Of a stretch of 64,000 bases of DNA, positions 1-11,274 are shown in pieces (within the stretch, counting starts at the first letter, position 1; each line of letters starts with the position of its first letter). Both the position numbers and the translations under genes were made by a program. The notes beneath the pieces were generated by a model. The model was not told the DNA's origin and did not search any database. It saw nothing but the letters and a program-made list of their open reading frames with translations. Source of the stretch: Ginsengibacter sp. (GTDB lineage Bacteria; Bacteroidota; Bacteroidia; Chitinophagales; Chitinophagaceae); NCBI GenBank assembly GCA_051953735.1, contig JBQCIM010000117.1, positions 18,319 to 82,318 on the forward strand. The letters run 5' to 3'.

Positions 1-126
1 AATCTAACATTCTGCTGATTTTAATTTTTTATTTTTTTGCTGAAATCCTCTCGTTTATTTTTAAAAAGAAATAAAAAATCGAATTATTTCTTGGTTTACT
101 ATTTAATTATTTACTTTTTTAAACGA

Positions 127-1569
127 TCACTTTTCCTCTTGTGCCTTTCTTACTTCTTCTTCCCAAACGGTATGAAAAATTCCTTCTTTATCGGTTCTTT
201 GATAGGTATGAGCGCCAAAAAAATCACGCTGCGCCTGTATCAGATTCGTTGGTAACAATCTTCTGCGATACGCATTGAAATAATTTAAAGATGCCATCAA
301 TCCTGCAGCCGGATAATTGTTTAAAGCCGCCAGCGAAACTACTTTTTGAAGCGCTGATTCTTTTTGCTGCAAAAGCCCGGCGATATTTTTATCAAGCAAT
401 AAATTTTTCAAATTCGAATCCTGCTGATACGATTTTTTAAACGTATCCAACATGGCAGAACGAATAATGCAACCGCCACGCCAAACGCTTACCACTTCCG
501 GCAAAGGAATATCCATTTTTAATTCTGATGAAGCAACCGTTAGCATTGCAAGACCTTGGGCATAGCTGATTAAAGTAGAAAAATATAAAGCGTCTTTTAG
601 TTGATTAATCAATTCTTTTTTGTCAACATCTATTTTCTTTGGATCGGTTTTATAAATTTCTGCTGCTTCTTTTCTTTCGTCGATCAATGAAGAAAGATTG
701 CGCATCATAACCGCTGAATCTATGGTTGGTATTGGCATTGGAAGATCAAGTCCTTCCTGCGAAGTCCATTTTCCCGTTCCTTTTGCACCCGCTTTGTCCA
801 AAATCATATCTAACAAATAGCGGTCGTAGTTTTCATCTTTTCTCGCAAAAATAACAGCGGTTATTTCCAGCAAAAATGATTTCATGTCTCCGCTATCCCA
901 GTCTTTAAAAACCTGTTCCAGTTCTTCTGAAGAAAGTCCTAATCCGTGATGCATCACGTCGTAACATTCGCTGATCAACTGCATGATGGCATATTCAATT
1001 CCGTTATGAACCATTTTTACATAATGCCCTGCAGCATTATGTCCCAGGTATCCAACACAAGGCTCGCCATTCACTTCTGCAGCAATTGCTTTTAAGATCG
1101 GCGCTACTTCTTCATACGCTTCCTTATCGCCGCCCGGCATAATGCTCGGACCTTTTCTCGCGCCTTCTTCGCCACCCGAAATTCCCATTCCCATAAAATG
1201 AAAACCTGCATCTTTTAATTCGGCAATTCTTCTTAAGGTATCCGTGTAATGAGAGTTTCCTCCATCTATAATAATATCGCCTTTTTGTAACAAAGGTTTC
1301 AGATCGTTTATCACACTATCTACCGGTTTTCCTGCAGGCACAAGCATCATCATCTTCCGGGGCGTTTTTAATTTCGCTACCATCTCTTCTAAAGTATTCA
1401 CCCCTTTTACTGTTGTCCCTTCTGTAGCTGCCTCTTCAAACGCTTTCGTTTTGTCAGGATTTTTATCAAAGCCAACCACAGAAAATCCGTGATCCGCCAT
1501 ATTCAGCAGAAGATTGCTACCCATTACACCAAGGCCGATCATTCCAAAATCATACAAGTTTTCACCCAT
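127..1569 (-). CDS. gndA: NADP-dependent 6-phosphogluconate dehydrogenase
   Basis: GMIGLGVMG Rossmann motif, GHYVKMVHNGIEY, GCIIRS and QAQRDFFGAHTY signatures. Confidence 0.97.
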   Translation of the reverse strand: MGENLYDFGMIGLGVMGSNLLLNMADHGFSVVGFDKNPDKTKAFEEAATEGTTVKGVNTLEEMVAKLKTPRKMMMLVPAGKPVDSVINDLKPLLQKGDIIIDGGNSHYTDTLRRIAELKDAGFHFMGMGISGGEEGARKGPSIMPGGDKEAYEEVAPILKAIAAEVNGEPCVGYLGHNAAGHYVKMVHNGIEYAIMQLISECYDVMHHGLGLSSEELEQVFKDWDSGDMKSFLLEITAVIFARKDENYDRYLLDMILDKAGAKGTGKWTSQEGLDLPMPIPTIDSAVMMRNLSSLIDERKEAAEIYKTDPKKIDVDKKELINQLKDALYFSTLISYAQGLAMLTVASSELKMDIPLPEVVSVWRGGCIIRSAMLDTFKKSYQQDSNLKNLLLDKNIAGLLQQKESALQKVVSLAALNNYPAAGLMASLNYFNAYRRRLLPTNLIQAQRDFFGAHTYQRTDKEGIFHTVWEEEVRKAQEEK

Positions 1570-1650
1570 AAAAAAATATTTTAGTGTGTAAAATTAATGA
1601 AATTGAATTTGCTTTCAGTTTTTTAGCATTCGCCATTCAGCTTTCATCCC

Positions 1651-1658
1651 TACCTTTG
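1651..1658 (+). promoter_or_regulatory. Bacteroidota -7 promoter element TACCTTTG, 4 nt before the SCO ATG
   Basis: Matches the TAnnTTTG consensus. Confidence 0.65.
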
Positions 1659-1662
1659 CGAA

Positions 1663-2289
1663 ATGAAAAAGAAAATAATTTTTTACTCAATTTTCTTTGT
1701 ACTTCTCATCTCTACATTTTATATTTTGCTTTCTTTTACTAAAGGATTTTTTGATGTGGAACTGCCCGTGATGAGCTATGTGCAGGATTTCTCATTTACC
1801 GATCAGAATGGACAAACCGTAACCCAAAAAAATATTGATGGAAAAGTTTATGTCGCGGAATATTTTTTTACGACCTGCAAAGGCATTTGCCCGAAAATGA
1901 ATTTCAACATGAAAGACGTGTATGATCAATTTAAAAATGACAAGGATTTCGCCATCATTTCCCACACTTCGATGCCTGAAACAGATTCTGTTCCTTTATT
2001 AAAAAAGTACGAAGAAAAGATGGTTGGAAGCAATCCAAATTATGCCGCCAAATGGTATTTTGTAACAGGAAGCAAAGACTCTTTGTACAAAATGGCCCGC
2101 CAAAGTTACTTGTTGGATAATGATAAAAATAACAGCGAGAATATAAAAGAAGCTTTTATTCACACACAATTTTTTGCTTTGGTCGATAAGCAAAAAAGAG
2201 TTCGTGGAATTTATGACGGTTTGAAAAAAGATGAGATTGCAAGATTAGAGAAAGATATTGCTACTTTGCTGAAAGAGAAGGATTCTTAA
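1663..2289 (+). CDS. SCO family copper chaperone
   Basis: N-terminal TM anchor, FFTTCKGICP (CxxxC) motif, distal HTQFFALVD His. Confidence 0.9.
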   Translation: MKKKIIFYSIFFVLLISTFYILLSFTKGFFDVELPVMSYVQDFSFTDQNGQTVTQKNIDGKVYVAEYFFTTCKGICPKMNFNMKDVYDQFKNDKDFAIISHTSMPETDSVPLLKKYEEKMVGSNPNYAAKWYFVTGSKDSLYKMARQSYLLDNDKNNSENIKEAFIHTQFFALVDKQKRVRGIYDGLKKDEIARLEKDIATLLKEKDS

Positions 2290-2290
2290 C

Positions 2291-3559
2291 TTACTTCGCA
2301 ATAAATTTTACAATATCCTCTACCAATTTTTGATCAACCGGCATTGATCCGTCTGTATAAGTTTTATTTTCATCCACACAATCTTTTCCTGCATTTTTTA
2401 ACGTGTGCGACATGTTTGGAATAATGTCCAAATCACTTTTTTTATTGGCTTTGTGAAGATTTGTCGCATCCACAATTTGTACCTGTATATCACAGCCGCC
2501 CTGGATAATCAAAACAGGACATTTCAATTTTTTTATTTCATTTTCGGGAGAATATTTTAGCCACGAAATCATGTAGGGCTGAATGGATTTTCTAAAAAAA
2601 GGCGCCAGCATTTCAGGAAAATCATTCACTTCTTTTCCTTGTTTTAGTTGTTTAAAAATCACCGGTATTTGTTGCTTTACTGAATCGGGCAAAGGTTGTT
2701 TTTGCATTTGCTCTTCCAGAATAACATCAATCGGGCGGCCAGCCCCGGCAATGGAAATATATCCTTTCACATTCTTTTTTTCAGAAGCAAGCATCGCGAT
2801 CAACGAACCCTCGCTGTGGCCAATGAAATAAATGTCTTTAAATCCAAGTGTATCATGCAAATAATCAAAAATTTCTTCCGCGTCTTTTACGTAATCTTCA
2901 AAAACAAGATCACTTTCTTTGAAATTAGCGACAGCGCTCTTGGCAATGCCGCGTTTGTCATACCTGAATGTTGCGATATTTTGAGAATCGAGCGAATGGG
3001 CCAGCATTTGATATTCATTGGTTGCGACAGCTAAAGTGCTGTTTCCATTTCTGTCTGTTGGGCCGGAACCCGCAACAATGATCGCAATCTTTTGCTGATT
3101 ATTTTTCGATAATAGCGTTCCATAAAGTTTTGTTCCTGCTGCTGAAGTAATGGCAATTTCCTTTTCGTTTGGATAAACAGAAGCAGTTTCTATTTCCTCA
3201 GAATTTCCTTTTGCTCTTGCAAAATTTAATGGAAGCTCATGCCCGTTTTGATTCCATATTCCTGTAATCGAATCCTCGTTCACAAACTTTCCGCGATAAA
3301 ATCCGTTGATCATTGTAATGCCCAGATGTATGCTGTCTGCATTTACATCCATTGAGCTGAAAGGCAATCCCATCGCGTTTTGCTTTGGGCTGTCCCATTT
3401 CCCGGAAATATTTCCGGAAGCGTCTTTTGTAAAATGAAACACAATCGGAATCTGTGTTCCGTTCACATCAATATTTCCGTTCCAGTCGCCGGAAATATCC
3501 TGGGCAAATAGTGGTAAAGAAAATAACATGAAAATTGGAATGAAAAGAGAGCGTCTCAT
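2291..3559 (-). CDS. Secreted alpha/beta hydrolase with an N-terminal beta-rich domain (likely start ATG 3559)
   Basis: Signal peptide, AGSGPTDRNGN, GHSEG nucleophile elbow, C-terminal Asp and His. Confidence 0.85.
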   Translation of the reverse strand: MRRSLFIPIFMLFSLPLFAQDISGDWNGNIDVNGTQIPIVFHFTKDASGNISGKWDSPKQNAMGLPFSSMDVNADSIHLGITMINGFYRGKFVNEDSITGIWNQNGHELPLNFARAKGNSEEIETASVYPNEKEIAITSAAGTKLYGTLLSKNNQQKIAIIVAGSGPTDRNGNSTLAVATNEYQMLAHSLDSQNIATFRYDKRGIAKSAVANFKESDLVFEDYVKDAEEIFDYLHDTLGFKDIYFIGHSEGSLIAMLASEKKNVKGYISIAGAGRPIDVILEEQMQKQPLPDSVKQQIPVIFKQLKQGKEVNDFPEMLAPFFRKSIQPYMISWLKYSPENEIKKLKCPVLIIQGGCDIQVQIVDATNLHKANKKSDLDIIPNMSHTLKNAGKDCVDENKTYTDGSMPVDQKLVEDIVKFIAK

Positions 3560-3623
3560 TTTTTTAAACAAAAATAATGGTTTGATTTGTTGAAAAGGAA
3601 AAAGAAGCAGAAGGCACGAATTC

Positions 3624-4529
3624 TTAAGCCGTCAGGTTTCTGAAAACTTCTTCGAGGCTCTGGCTTTTAGTTTGTAAAGAAAGAATGTCCAGGTTGTTTT
3701 TCAAACTGAATTCGAGCAGCAATTTTTTCACTTTTTCAGGATCAGAAGTTTGTATGAAATATTGATTTTGATTTTGTTCAATATTATCAATTCCCGGCAA
3801 ATTTTTTAATAATTCAGAATCTACATTTCGATAAAATTCAACCAACACAACATGAGAATTTTTATTAGCAGATTGAAGATTCACCAGCGTATCATCTGCA
3901 ACAATATTTCCTTTGTTGATGATGATAATTCTGTCGCAAATGCTTTCTACTTCCTGCAAAATATGCGATGAAAAAAGAACGGTTTTATTCTTTCCCAAAT
4001 CTTTAATTAATTGCCTTATTTCAATGATCTGATTGGGATCAAGGCCGGTGGTAGGCTCGTCCAGAATCAATACTTTCGGATCATGAATCAAGGCGGCCGC
4101 AAGGCCAACTCTTTGTTTATATCCTTTGCTCAACTGCCCGATTTTTTTATTACTTTCAGGTCGCAAACCTGTCAGGTCAATCACTTCTTCAATTCTTTTT
4201 TTTACGGCAGTTTTCAGATCATGAATTCCGGCAATAAATTGCAGATATTCACGAACGTACATTTCATAATAAAGCGGATTTCCCTCCGGCAAATAACCTA
4301 TTTGTTTTTTAGCTTCCAAGGGATCTGCATTTACATTAATGCCGTTCACCACAGCATTACCAGAATCAGCAGTAATATATCCGGTAACAATTTTCATCGT
4401 TGTTGATTTTCCGGCGCCATTAGGGCCTAAAAAACCAACAATTTCATTATTGCCGATAGCAAATGAAATATCATTTACCGCTTTTTGCTCGCCATAAATT
4501 TTTGTAAGGTTGGAAACGCTGATTGACAT
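3624..4529 (-). CDS. gldA: Gliding motility ABC transporter ATP-binding subunit GldA
   Basis: GPNGAGKS Walker A, LSKGYKQRVG signature, LDEPTTGLDPNQ; the length and start resemble GldA. Confidence 0.8.
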   Translation of the reverse strand: MSISVSNLTKIYGEQKAVNDISFAIGNNEIVGFLGPNGAGKSTTMKIVTGYITADSGNAVVNGINVNADPLEAKKQIGYLPEGNPLYYEMYVREYLQFIAGIHDLKTAVKKRIEEVIDLTGLRPESNKKIGQLSKGYKQRVGLAAALIHDPKVLILDEPTTGLDPNQIIEIRQLIKDLGKNKTVLFSSHILQEVESICDRIIIINKGNIVADDTLVNLQSANKNSHVVLVEFYRNVDSELLKNLPGIDNIEQNQNQYFIQTSDPEKVKKLLLEFSLKNNLDILSLQTKSQSLEEVFRNLTA

Positions 4530-4634
4530 AAAAGCAAATGTAAAACAAAAACAATCCTGCGATTATTGTTTCAATTCTCCTCTTTTCCGAAAGAAGAATT
4601 GAATTTATTTCTCAGTTTACTGTAAAAATCGCCG

Positions 4635-6008
4635 TTATTTATTAGCCGTTGAGGAACGATTTTCAACCCATTTTGACACTTCAGGACAAGTAGCATATTG
4701 CGGATCGATATTTACATAAAAAGTAGGAATTTTTTTATTAAACCATTCATCCAAAGCTGCGTTCTTTTTTTCTTCCAACGCGCGTTGAGCTACTTTATCA
4801 TAATCGTCTTTCAGGTTTTCACGATGAGGTTCTGTTTTGCTTAATACTTCAACAATCCTTACTGCTTTTTTGCCGGTATAAGGATCAGCAAATTCTGTTG
4901 GCTGAGAAAACTCGCCAACTTTCAGCGTTGGAAGCAGTAAAGCAAGGTCTTTATCATGGATATCATCAATTGTTATAAGCGTACTATTATCAGGAGCAGT
5001 TAAGCGACCGCCGGTGAATTTGCTGTTATCGTCCTCACTGTATTTTGAAACTGCTTCCCCGAATTTAAGCGTTCCATTTTCCAACAGTGTTCTGATGGAA
5101 TCCAGTTTTTGCTTCGTCTGGTTCACTTCGATAGAACTTACCTGGGGCACTTTTAAAATATGCCTGATAGTTGCATCGTCGCCACGCTTGCTAACCATCT
5201 GGATGATATGATAACCGAACTTTGATTTAAAAACGCTTGAAATCTGGCCATCTTTCAGACTAAAAGCTTTTGCCAAAAAAGTAGGATCGATATCTTTTTG
5301 GTTGCGGTTGATTTCCATTAATCCCCCATTCTCTTTTGTCCCCGGATCATCAGAAAAAAGTGAAGCAAGCACTTCAAATTTTTTGCTTCCATCTTCCACT
5401 TCTTTTTTGTATTCTTTCAATTGATCGATGGCATAATTTTCCAGGTCGCGGCTGGGTTTTGGATAAATAACAATTTCCCCAACTTCCAGTTGTGATTCAT
5501 AAAACGGAAGACTGTCTTTTGGAATTTTTGAATAGTAATCTTCCACTTCATTTGGCGTAATTCTTACATCAGCAACTATTTTATCCCTTTCTGCGGCTGC
5601 CAGTTTCTGGTCTCTTATAATAGGTTTGAATTCTTCTTTTAATTGATAAACCGTTTTCCCCGCCACTTGTTCCAACACTTCTTTCGATCCGTACTGACTG
5701 ATAAAATAGCGGATCCTATTGTCAATTTCTCCATTGATCTGATCTTCAGAAACAGGCAAAGAATCTCTTTCAGCCTGCAGTACCAAAGCTTTTACGGCAA
5801 GTGACTGTTGCAGAAGAAGGCAAGCGGCATTTGCCGGAACTTCTTTATTCTGTCGCTGATAATCAAGAATGGCATTGTCAATATCACTTTTCAAAATGAT
5901 CTTATCACCAACGGTGGCAATGATCTTATCTGCAACTACTTTCTTAGTTTGTGCAAATGAAATGAATGTAAAGGCCAGTAAACAAAGAAATAAAACGATT
6001 TTTTTCAT
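4635..6008 (-). CDS. surA: SurA-like periplasmic peptidyl-prolyl isomerase (likely start ATG 6008, MKKIVLF)
   Basis: Signal peptide, VADKIIATVGD N-domain, two parvulin domains (SDDPG...FGYHII; YSED...GG). Confidence 0.85.
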   Translation of the reverse strand: MKKIVLFLCLLAFTFISFAQTKKVVADKIIATVGDKIILKSDIDNAILDYQRQNKEVPANAACLLLQQSLAVKALVLQAERDSLPVSEDQINGEIDNRIRYFISQYGSKEVLEQVAGKTVYQLKEEFKPIIRDQKLAAAERDKIVADVRITPNEVEDYYSKIPKDSLPFYESQLEVGEIVIYPKPSRDLENYAIDQLKEYKKEVEDGSKKFEVLASLFSDDPGTKENGGLMEINRNQKDIDPTFLAKAFSLKDGQISSVFKSKFGYHIIQMVSKRGDDATIRHILKVPQVSSIEVNQTKQKLDSIRTLLENGTLKFGEAVSKYSEDDNSKFTGGRLTAPDNSTLITIDDIHDKDLALLLPTLKVGEFSQPTEFADPYTGKKAVRIVEVLSKTEPHRENLKDDYDKVAQRALEEKKNAALDEWFNKKIPTFYVNIDPQYATCPEVSKWVENRSSTANK

Positions 6009-6148
6009 CAGAAGTTTTTGTATTGAGATGCCGACACGCTTAGGCTTTTGTAAATGTGTCGCCAAAAATACGGTGGTAAATCTTTCTTTATTTTTTTTGA
6101 AAGTTAAAAGTTGGAACACTTTTGTTAAAAGAACCCAGGATTTTGCAA

Positions 6149-8989
6149 TCAGAGCGTTCTTTTAATTTCAATTTCTTCAAACGCTTCAATCATATCGCCG
6201 GTTTTCAGGTCGTTATAATTTTTCAGGGTCATACCGCATTCCATATTGTTATTCACTTCTTTCACATCATCTTTAAATCGTTTCAAACTTCCGAGTTCAC
6301 CTGTATGAATGATAATTCCGTCTCTTACCAAACGAACACGATTATTTCTTGCGATCTTTCCTTCAACTACCATACATCCTGCAACAGTAGCTTTGTCGAA
6401 TTTGTAAGTTTCCTTTATTTCTGCAATACCCAAAACTTTTTCCTGGATCTTCGGCTCCAACATTCCTTCCATTGCACTCTTCACTTCGTCAATAGCGTCA
6501 TAAATGATGGAATAAGTTTTTATTTCAACGCCTTCGTGATCCGCAAGTCTGGAAGCCTGCAATGAAGGCCGAACATTAAATCCGATGATGACTGCATCTG
6601 AGGCAGTTGCGAGCATTACGTCAGTTTCTGTGATCTGTCCAACGCCCTGGTGAACCACGCTTACAGCAATTTCCTCGGTGCTCAGTTTCTGTAATGAATC
6701 GCTCAATGCTTCTACAGATCCATCCACGTCGGCGCGAATCAACAGGTTTAATTGTTTGAAATTGCCTAACGCAAGACGACGGCCTATCTCATCAAGAGTG
6801 ATATGTTTTTTAGCGCGGATCCCTTGCTCACGAAGGATTTGCGCCCTTCTGTTGGCAGTTTCTTTTGCTTCGGATTCGTCATTAAAGACTTTGAAAGTCT
6901 CACCCGCCTGCGGAGCGCCGTTCAAACCAAGAATTAAAACAGGTGTCGATGGCGGCGCAGTTGTTACGCGTTGGTTACGTTCATTAAACATTGCCTTGAT
7001 ACGGCCATAATATTGACCGGAAACCAAAAGATCTCCCTGGTTTAAAGTTCCGTTCTGAACTAAAATGGTAGCAACATAGCCACGCCCCTTATCGAGGGAA
7101 GCTTCAATTACGGTTCCGCTGGCGATTTTTTTAGGATTCGCTTTTAATTCCAACAGATCAGATTCCAACAATACTTTATCGAGTAATTCATCGACATTCA
7201 ATCCTGATTTGGCGCTGATTTCCTGGCTTTGATATTTTCCTCCCCAGTCTTCAACAAGAATATTCATTTGCGCCAGTTGTTCCTTTATTTTTTCAGGATT
7301 AGCGCCTTCTTTATCAATTTTATTTAAGGCAAAAACCATCGGCACGTCAGCCGCCTGAGCATGAGAAATGGCTTCTTTGGTTTGAGGCATTACGGCATCA
7401 TCAGCGGCAATTACGATCACAGCGAGGTCGGTTACTTTTGCACCTCTCGCACGCATAGCGGTAAACGCTTCGTGTCCCGGTGTATCAAGAAATGTAATCG
7501 CGCGTCCATTTTTTACAGTTACTTCGTAAGCTCCGATATGTTGTGTAATTCCACCTGCTTCACCGGCAATTACATTAGCGTGGCGAATATAGTCGAGCAA
7601 AGAAGTTTTACCATGATCAACGTGCCCCATGATAGTAACGATTGGCGAACGAGGCACCAAATCCTCTTCATTTTCTTCTTCTTCCTCTTCCTCAACGTCC
7701 TGTTGATTATCGATGTCAATAAATTCTACTTCATAATTAAATTCGCTGGCAACCAGTTCTATCACATCTGCTTCCAGCCTTTGGTTGATAGAAACCATGA
7801 TGCCAAGGCTCATACATTTGCTAATCACATCTGCAAAACTTACGTCCATCAGATTTGCAAATTCACTGACAGAAATAAATTCTGTTACCTGCAACTTATT
7901 ATCTGTTGTTTCTTCGCCGAGGTTTTCAGCTGCTTCTTCTCTTTTTTGTTTGCGATATTTTGCTTTAAGGCTTTTTCCTCTTCCTCCGGCTCCGGCAAGT
8001 TTTGCCTGAGTTTCCTTGATCTTATCCTGAATTTCTTTTTGATCAATTTCTTTTTCCTCACGCCTTATTTGAGGAGCGTTACGGTTAAATCTTCCCTGCG
8101 GCATGGCTCCCGGCCGGTTTGGTGCACCATGAGGCCTTTGATTGTTTGGATGAGGAGTATGCGCTCCTGGCTGATGATTTCCTGACGGCTTCTTTTCAAC
8201 AATGATGCGCTTGCGTTTACGTCTTTCATCGGCGGGTTTTGGACGCGTATCGTTATTAACAGGCAATTCAATTTTGCCCATTATTTTCGGACCTTCCAGT
8301 TTTACTGCCTTAATATTGGTTATTACCGGCGCTTCCTTTTCAGTTTCAACTGCGGTTTTTTCTTCAACAGTTTCTTCCGGAACAATTTCCCCGGGCTTAT
8401 CAATAACTCCTTTTATTTTTCCTTTTGATTCTTTTTTCTTCGAATCTTTTTTTGGTCTTACGGAAGAATCTATTGTGCTCAGATCAATCTTATCTACAAT
8501 TTTCAATCCTTCTACTTCAGGCACTTCAATTTTTGTCACTTCCTGAACAGGTTCTGCAGCAGCGATTTCTTCTTTTGCTTCTTTCTTTTCTTCCTTTATC
8601 TCCTTAACCGGTGCGGCTTCTTCTTTAGGCGCTTCGGGCACTTTTTCTGCAACAGTTTCTTCCGGTTTTATTTCCTCTTGTTTTTCTTCTTTTACTACTG
8701 GTTTTGCTGTTTCTTTTTTCGTAAAAGAAAGATCTTGTTCGTCTTTTCTTTTCTTATTATCTGTAGGTGTATTTTTAGGAAGATCGATCTGTTCCGCTTT
8801 TTGTTTCGCCACTTTATCCGGCTGAAACTCTACCTGCAATACACGGTACATCTCTTCCGAAAGCTTTGAAGTAGGCTTCAAATCATCGGTGCTAAAATTT
8901 TTCGATACCAAAAAGTCTATTAAAGTACTTGTGCCTATATTAAACTCTCTGGCCGCAGCCATCAACCGTGGTGTATTTATTTCTGCCAT
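6149..8989 (-). CDS. infB: Translation initiation factor IF-2
   Basis: [21 protein letters not shown] and NKID GTPase motifs; long charged N-terminus. Confidence 0.98.
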   Translation of the reverse strand: MAEINTPRLMAAAREFNIGTSTLIDFLVSKNFSTDDLKPTSKLSEEMYRVLQVEFQPDKVAKQKAEQIDLPKNTPTDNKKRKDEQDLSFTKKETAKPVVKEEKQEEIKPEETVAEKVPEAPKEEAAPVKEIKEEKKEAKEEIAAAEPVQEVTKIEVPEVEGLKIVDKIDLSTIDSSVRPKKDSKKKESKGKIKGVIDKPGEIVPEETVEEKTAVETEKEAPVITNIKAVKLEGPKIMGKIELPVNNDTRPKPADERRKRKRIIVEKKPSGNHQPGAHTPHPNNQRPHGAPNRPGAMPQGRFNRNAPQIRREEKEIDQKEIQDKIKETQAKLAGAGGRGKSLKAKYRKQKREEAAENLGEETTDNKLQVTEFISVSEFANLMDVSFADVISKCMSLGIMVSINQRLEADVIELVASEFNYEVEFIDIDNQQDVEEEEEEENEEDLVPRSPIVTIMGHVDHGKTSLLDYIRHANVIAGEAGGITQHIGAYEVTVKNGRAITFLDTPGHEAFTAMRARGAKVTDLAVIVIAADDAVMPQTKEAISHAQAADVPMVFALNKIDKEGANPEKIKEQLAQMNILVEDWGGKYQSQEISAKSGLNVDELLDKVLLESDLLELKANPKKIASGTVIEASLDKGRGYVATILVQNGTLNQGDLLVSGQYYGRIKAMFNERNQRVTTAPPSTPVLILGLNGAPQAGETFKVFNDESEAKETANRRAQILREQGIRAKKHITLDEIGRRLALGNFKQLNLLIRADVDGSVEALSDSLQKLSTEEIAVSVVHQGVGQITETDVMLATASDAVIIGFNVRPSLQASRLADHEGVEIKTYSIIYDAIDEVKSAMEGMLEPKIQEKVLGIAEIKETYKFDKATVAGCMVVEGKIARNNRVRLVRDGIIIHTGELGSLKRFKDDVKEVNNNMECGMTLKNYNDLKTGDMIEAFEEIEIKRTL

Positions 8990-9067
8990 TAAACTTTACT
9001 ACTCCGTATAGAAGTAACTTTTTTATTTTTTTAAATTAAATCCCCGGAAACCAATATTGATTTCAAT

Positions 9068-10318
9068 TTATTCGTTGCTAAATTCTTCTTTCAAAATCTT
9101 TTTAACTTCGGCGATTGTTTCTTTTTCAAGATCAGTTCTGCGTTCCAGTTCTTCATCAGACAAGTCTAACACGCTTTTCGCTGTATCGCAACCAACTTTT
9201 TTTAGTTCATCGATCACCCATGTTTCCAATTCATCTGCAAATTCGTCCAGATCCACATCATATTCTTCCACTTCGCCTTCATTGTCACGGAATACATCAA
9301 TTTCCAAACCTGTCAGTTCGCAGGCAAGTTTAATGTTTACGCCTCTGCGGCCAATTGCCAGAGAAACCTGGTCTGGTTTCAGGTAAACACTCGCGTGTTT
9401 TGCTTCCGTATCCACTTCCATACTGGTAATTTTAGCAGGAGTAAGCGAACGCTGGATCAGCAATTGAATATTATTGGTCCAATTAATTACATCAATATTT
9501 TCATTTTTTAATTCGCGCACAATCCCATGAATGCGGCTTCCTTTCATACCCACACATGCACCAACCGGGTCAATACGATCATCAAAACTTTCCACCGCAA
9601 CTTTTGCTCTTTCTCCGGGATCGCGAACGATTTTTTTGATAACAATAAGACCATCAAAAATCTCAGGAACTTCAATTTCCAGCAATTTAGCAAGGAAAGA
9701 ATTATCTGTTCTTGAAACAATAATTACTGCCTGGTTATTTTTTAGCTCCACATTTTTAACCACTGCACGAATGGTTTCGCCTTTCTTAAAATAATCAGAA
9801 GGAATTTGCTCAGACTTTGGAAGAAGCATTTCGTTTCCCTCTTCATCCAGCAATAAAATTTCTTTTTTCCAAACCTGGTAAACTTCGCCGGTGATTATTT
9901 CGCCGATCCTGTCTTCATATTTTTTGATCAGAATATTTTTCTTCAGATCGTTGATACGACTTGCCAGTGTTTGTTTTCCGGCAAGAATCGCCCTTCTTCC
10001 AAACTCTTTCTGAATGTCCACTTCTTCATACAATTCTTCGCCAACCTGGTAGTCGGGTTCTATTTTTATCGCGTCTTTATATTCAATTTCTGTAAGTGTG
10101 TTATAGAGATCATCATCTTCAACGATCGTACGACGACGAAATATTTCAAGGTCACCTTTTTGGTCATTTACGATCACGTCAAAATTTTCATCAGATCCGT
10201 ATTTTTTGCGGATGAGCGTTTTAAAGACATCTTCCATCACTTTCATCAAAGTAGGCCTGTCTATATTTTCTGCTTCTTTGAATTCCTGAAAGGATTCTAT
10301 TAAATTGATACTTGCCAT
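9068..10318 (-). CDS. nusA: Transcription termination factor NusA
   Basis: S1 and KH domains (RDPGERAKVAV, GACVGMKGSRI, AIGRRGVNIKLA); rimP-nusA-infB order. Confidence 0.98.
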   Translation of the reverse strand: MASINLIESFQEFKEAENIDRPTLMKVMEDVFKTLIRKKYGSDENFDVIVNDQKGDLEIFRRRTIVEDDDLYNTLTEIEYKDAIKIEPDYQVGEELYEEVDIQKEFGRRAILAGKQTLASRINDLKKNILIKKYEDRIGEIITGEVYQVWKKEILLLDEEGNEMLLPKSEQIPSDYFKKGETIRAVVKNVELKNNQAVIIVSRTDNSFLAKLLEIEVPEIFDGLIVIKKIVRDPGERAKVAVESFDDRIDPVGACVGMKGSRIHGIVRELKNENIDVINWTNNIQLLIQRSLTPAKITSMEVDTEAKHASVYLKPDQVSLAIGRRGVNIKLACELTGLEIDVFRDNEGEVEEYDVDLDEFADELETWVIDELKKVGCDTAKSVLDLSDEELERRTDLEKETIAEVKKILKEEFSNE

Positions 10319-10327
10319 ACTGGTATT

Positions 10328-10798
10328 TTAAAAAGTTATCAGCACGGTGGCGTGCTTTATCTGATTCAATAATATTGTTGTTGTTTTTGTTGTCGCTTTA
10401 TTTCCTTTGCCGGTTTTTTCTTCAATGACAATTTGCTCGTCATTTACATCCGTAAGTTTTCCTTCTAACCGGCTTCCGTCTTTTAAAACCACTTCAAGCG
10501 TTCTTCCGATGTTCTTTTTGTATTGCCTTACTAATTGCAAAGGCCTGTCAACACCAAAGGAAGAAACTTCCAGCGAAAAATTACTATTTCCAAAAAGCCC
10601 GGTTTCTTCGATAAACTTGTACAGCGCTTTATTGATCGCTGTGCAATTGTCAATCGTAATTCCCTTATCGCCATCTAACAAAACCGTAACCTTATTTCCC
10701 AGAGCAATTTTTACTTCTATCAGAAATAGATCCGGTGATTTTTCAATAAAATTTTTTACAAATTCTTCAATCTTCTCCTGTTCTGCTGATGAGCTCAT
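10328..10798 (-). CDS. rimP: Ribosome maturation factor RimP (likely start ATG 10798)
   Basis: LEVSSFGVDRPL motif (S-G variant); first gene of the nusA operon. Confidence 0.93.
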   Translation of the reverse strand: MSSSAEQEKIEEFVKNFIEKSPDLFLIEVKIALGNKVTVLLDGDKGITIDNCTAINKALYKFIEETGLFGNSNFSLEVSSFGVDRPLQLVRQYKKNIGRTLEVVLKDGSRLEGKLTDVNDEQIVIEEKTGKGNKATTKTTTILLNQIKHATVLITF

Positions 10799-10823
10799 TT
10801 TTTTGAATCTTTTGAAAATAGAA

Positions 10824-10847
10824 GAAGGGAACGCTTCCGTTCCCTTC
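10824..10847 (-). promoter_or_regulatory. rimP leader hairpin (perfect 10-bp stem, GAAG loop)
   Basis: On the minus strand GAAGGGAACG-GAAG-CGTTCCCTTC, between the -7 box TATCTTTG (10873-10866) and the rimP ATG. Confidence 0.7.
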
Positions 10848-10993
10848 ACTAATCATTTGCGAGTGCAAAGATAAGACAATAAAGAGTTACACTCCAAATT
10901 ATGTTTCTCAAAAGCCAATTCATTAACAAATTTTTGAACGCAAATTTGGTTCAGCGGTAAAGCCGATTGATTTAAAACATTTATTTTTGTTGA

Positions 10994-11236
10994 ATGAACA
11001 TTTTCAGACTCGCAGCCGAACTTTTTTTATTATATCTTTTATACAAATTCATTTTTGATTTTATTATTCCTGTCTATGAATCTTCCAAAAAGATAAAACA
11101 GCAGTTTGGAGAAATGCAGGATAAGATGCAGCAAAACATGAATCAATTTCAGCAGCGTCAGCAGCCATCTCAACCCACACCAGAAAAACCAGTGCAAAAA
11201 GAAGGCGATTATATTGATTTTGAAGAAGTAAAATAA
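10994..11236 (+). CDS. Small membrane-anchored protein (DUF4834-like)
   Basis: N-terminal TM, Gln-rich linker, C-terminal GDYIDFEEVK motif typical of this Bacteroidota family. Confidence 0.75.
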   Translation: MNIFRLAAELFLLYLLYKFIFDFIIPVYESSKKIKQQFGEMQDKMQQNMNQFQQRQQPSQPTPEKPVQKEGDYIDFEEVK

Positions 11237-11274
11237 CGTTGCAGTAAAAGAACAAATAAAAGAGATTCTTTTTC

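Noticed and set aside
7361-8185. 274-aa plus-strand ORF, and many other 60-200 aa ORFs antisense to or nested in real genes (e.g. 40749-41342, 43604-44149, 49602-50078)
   Set aside because: Shadow frames of well-supported genes, with no recognisable motifs and composition that mirrors the opposite strand
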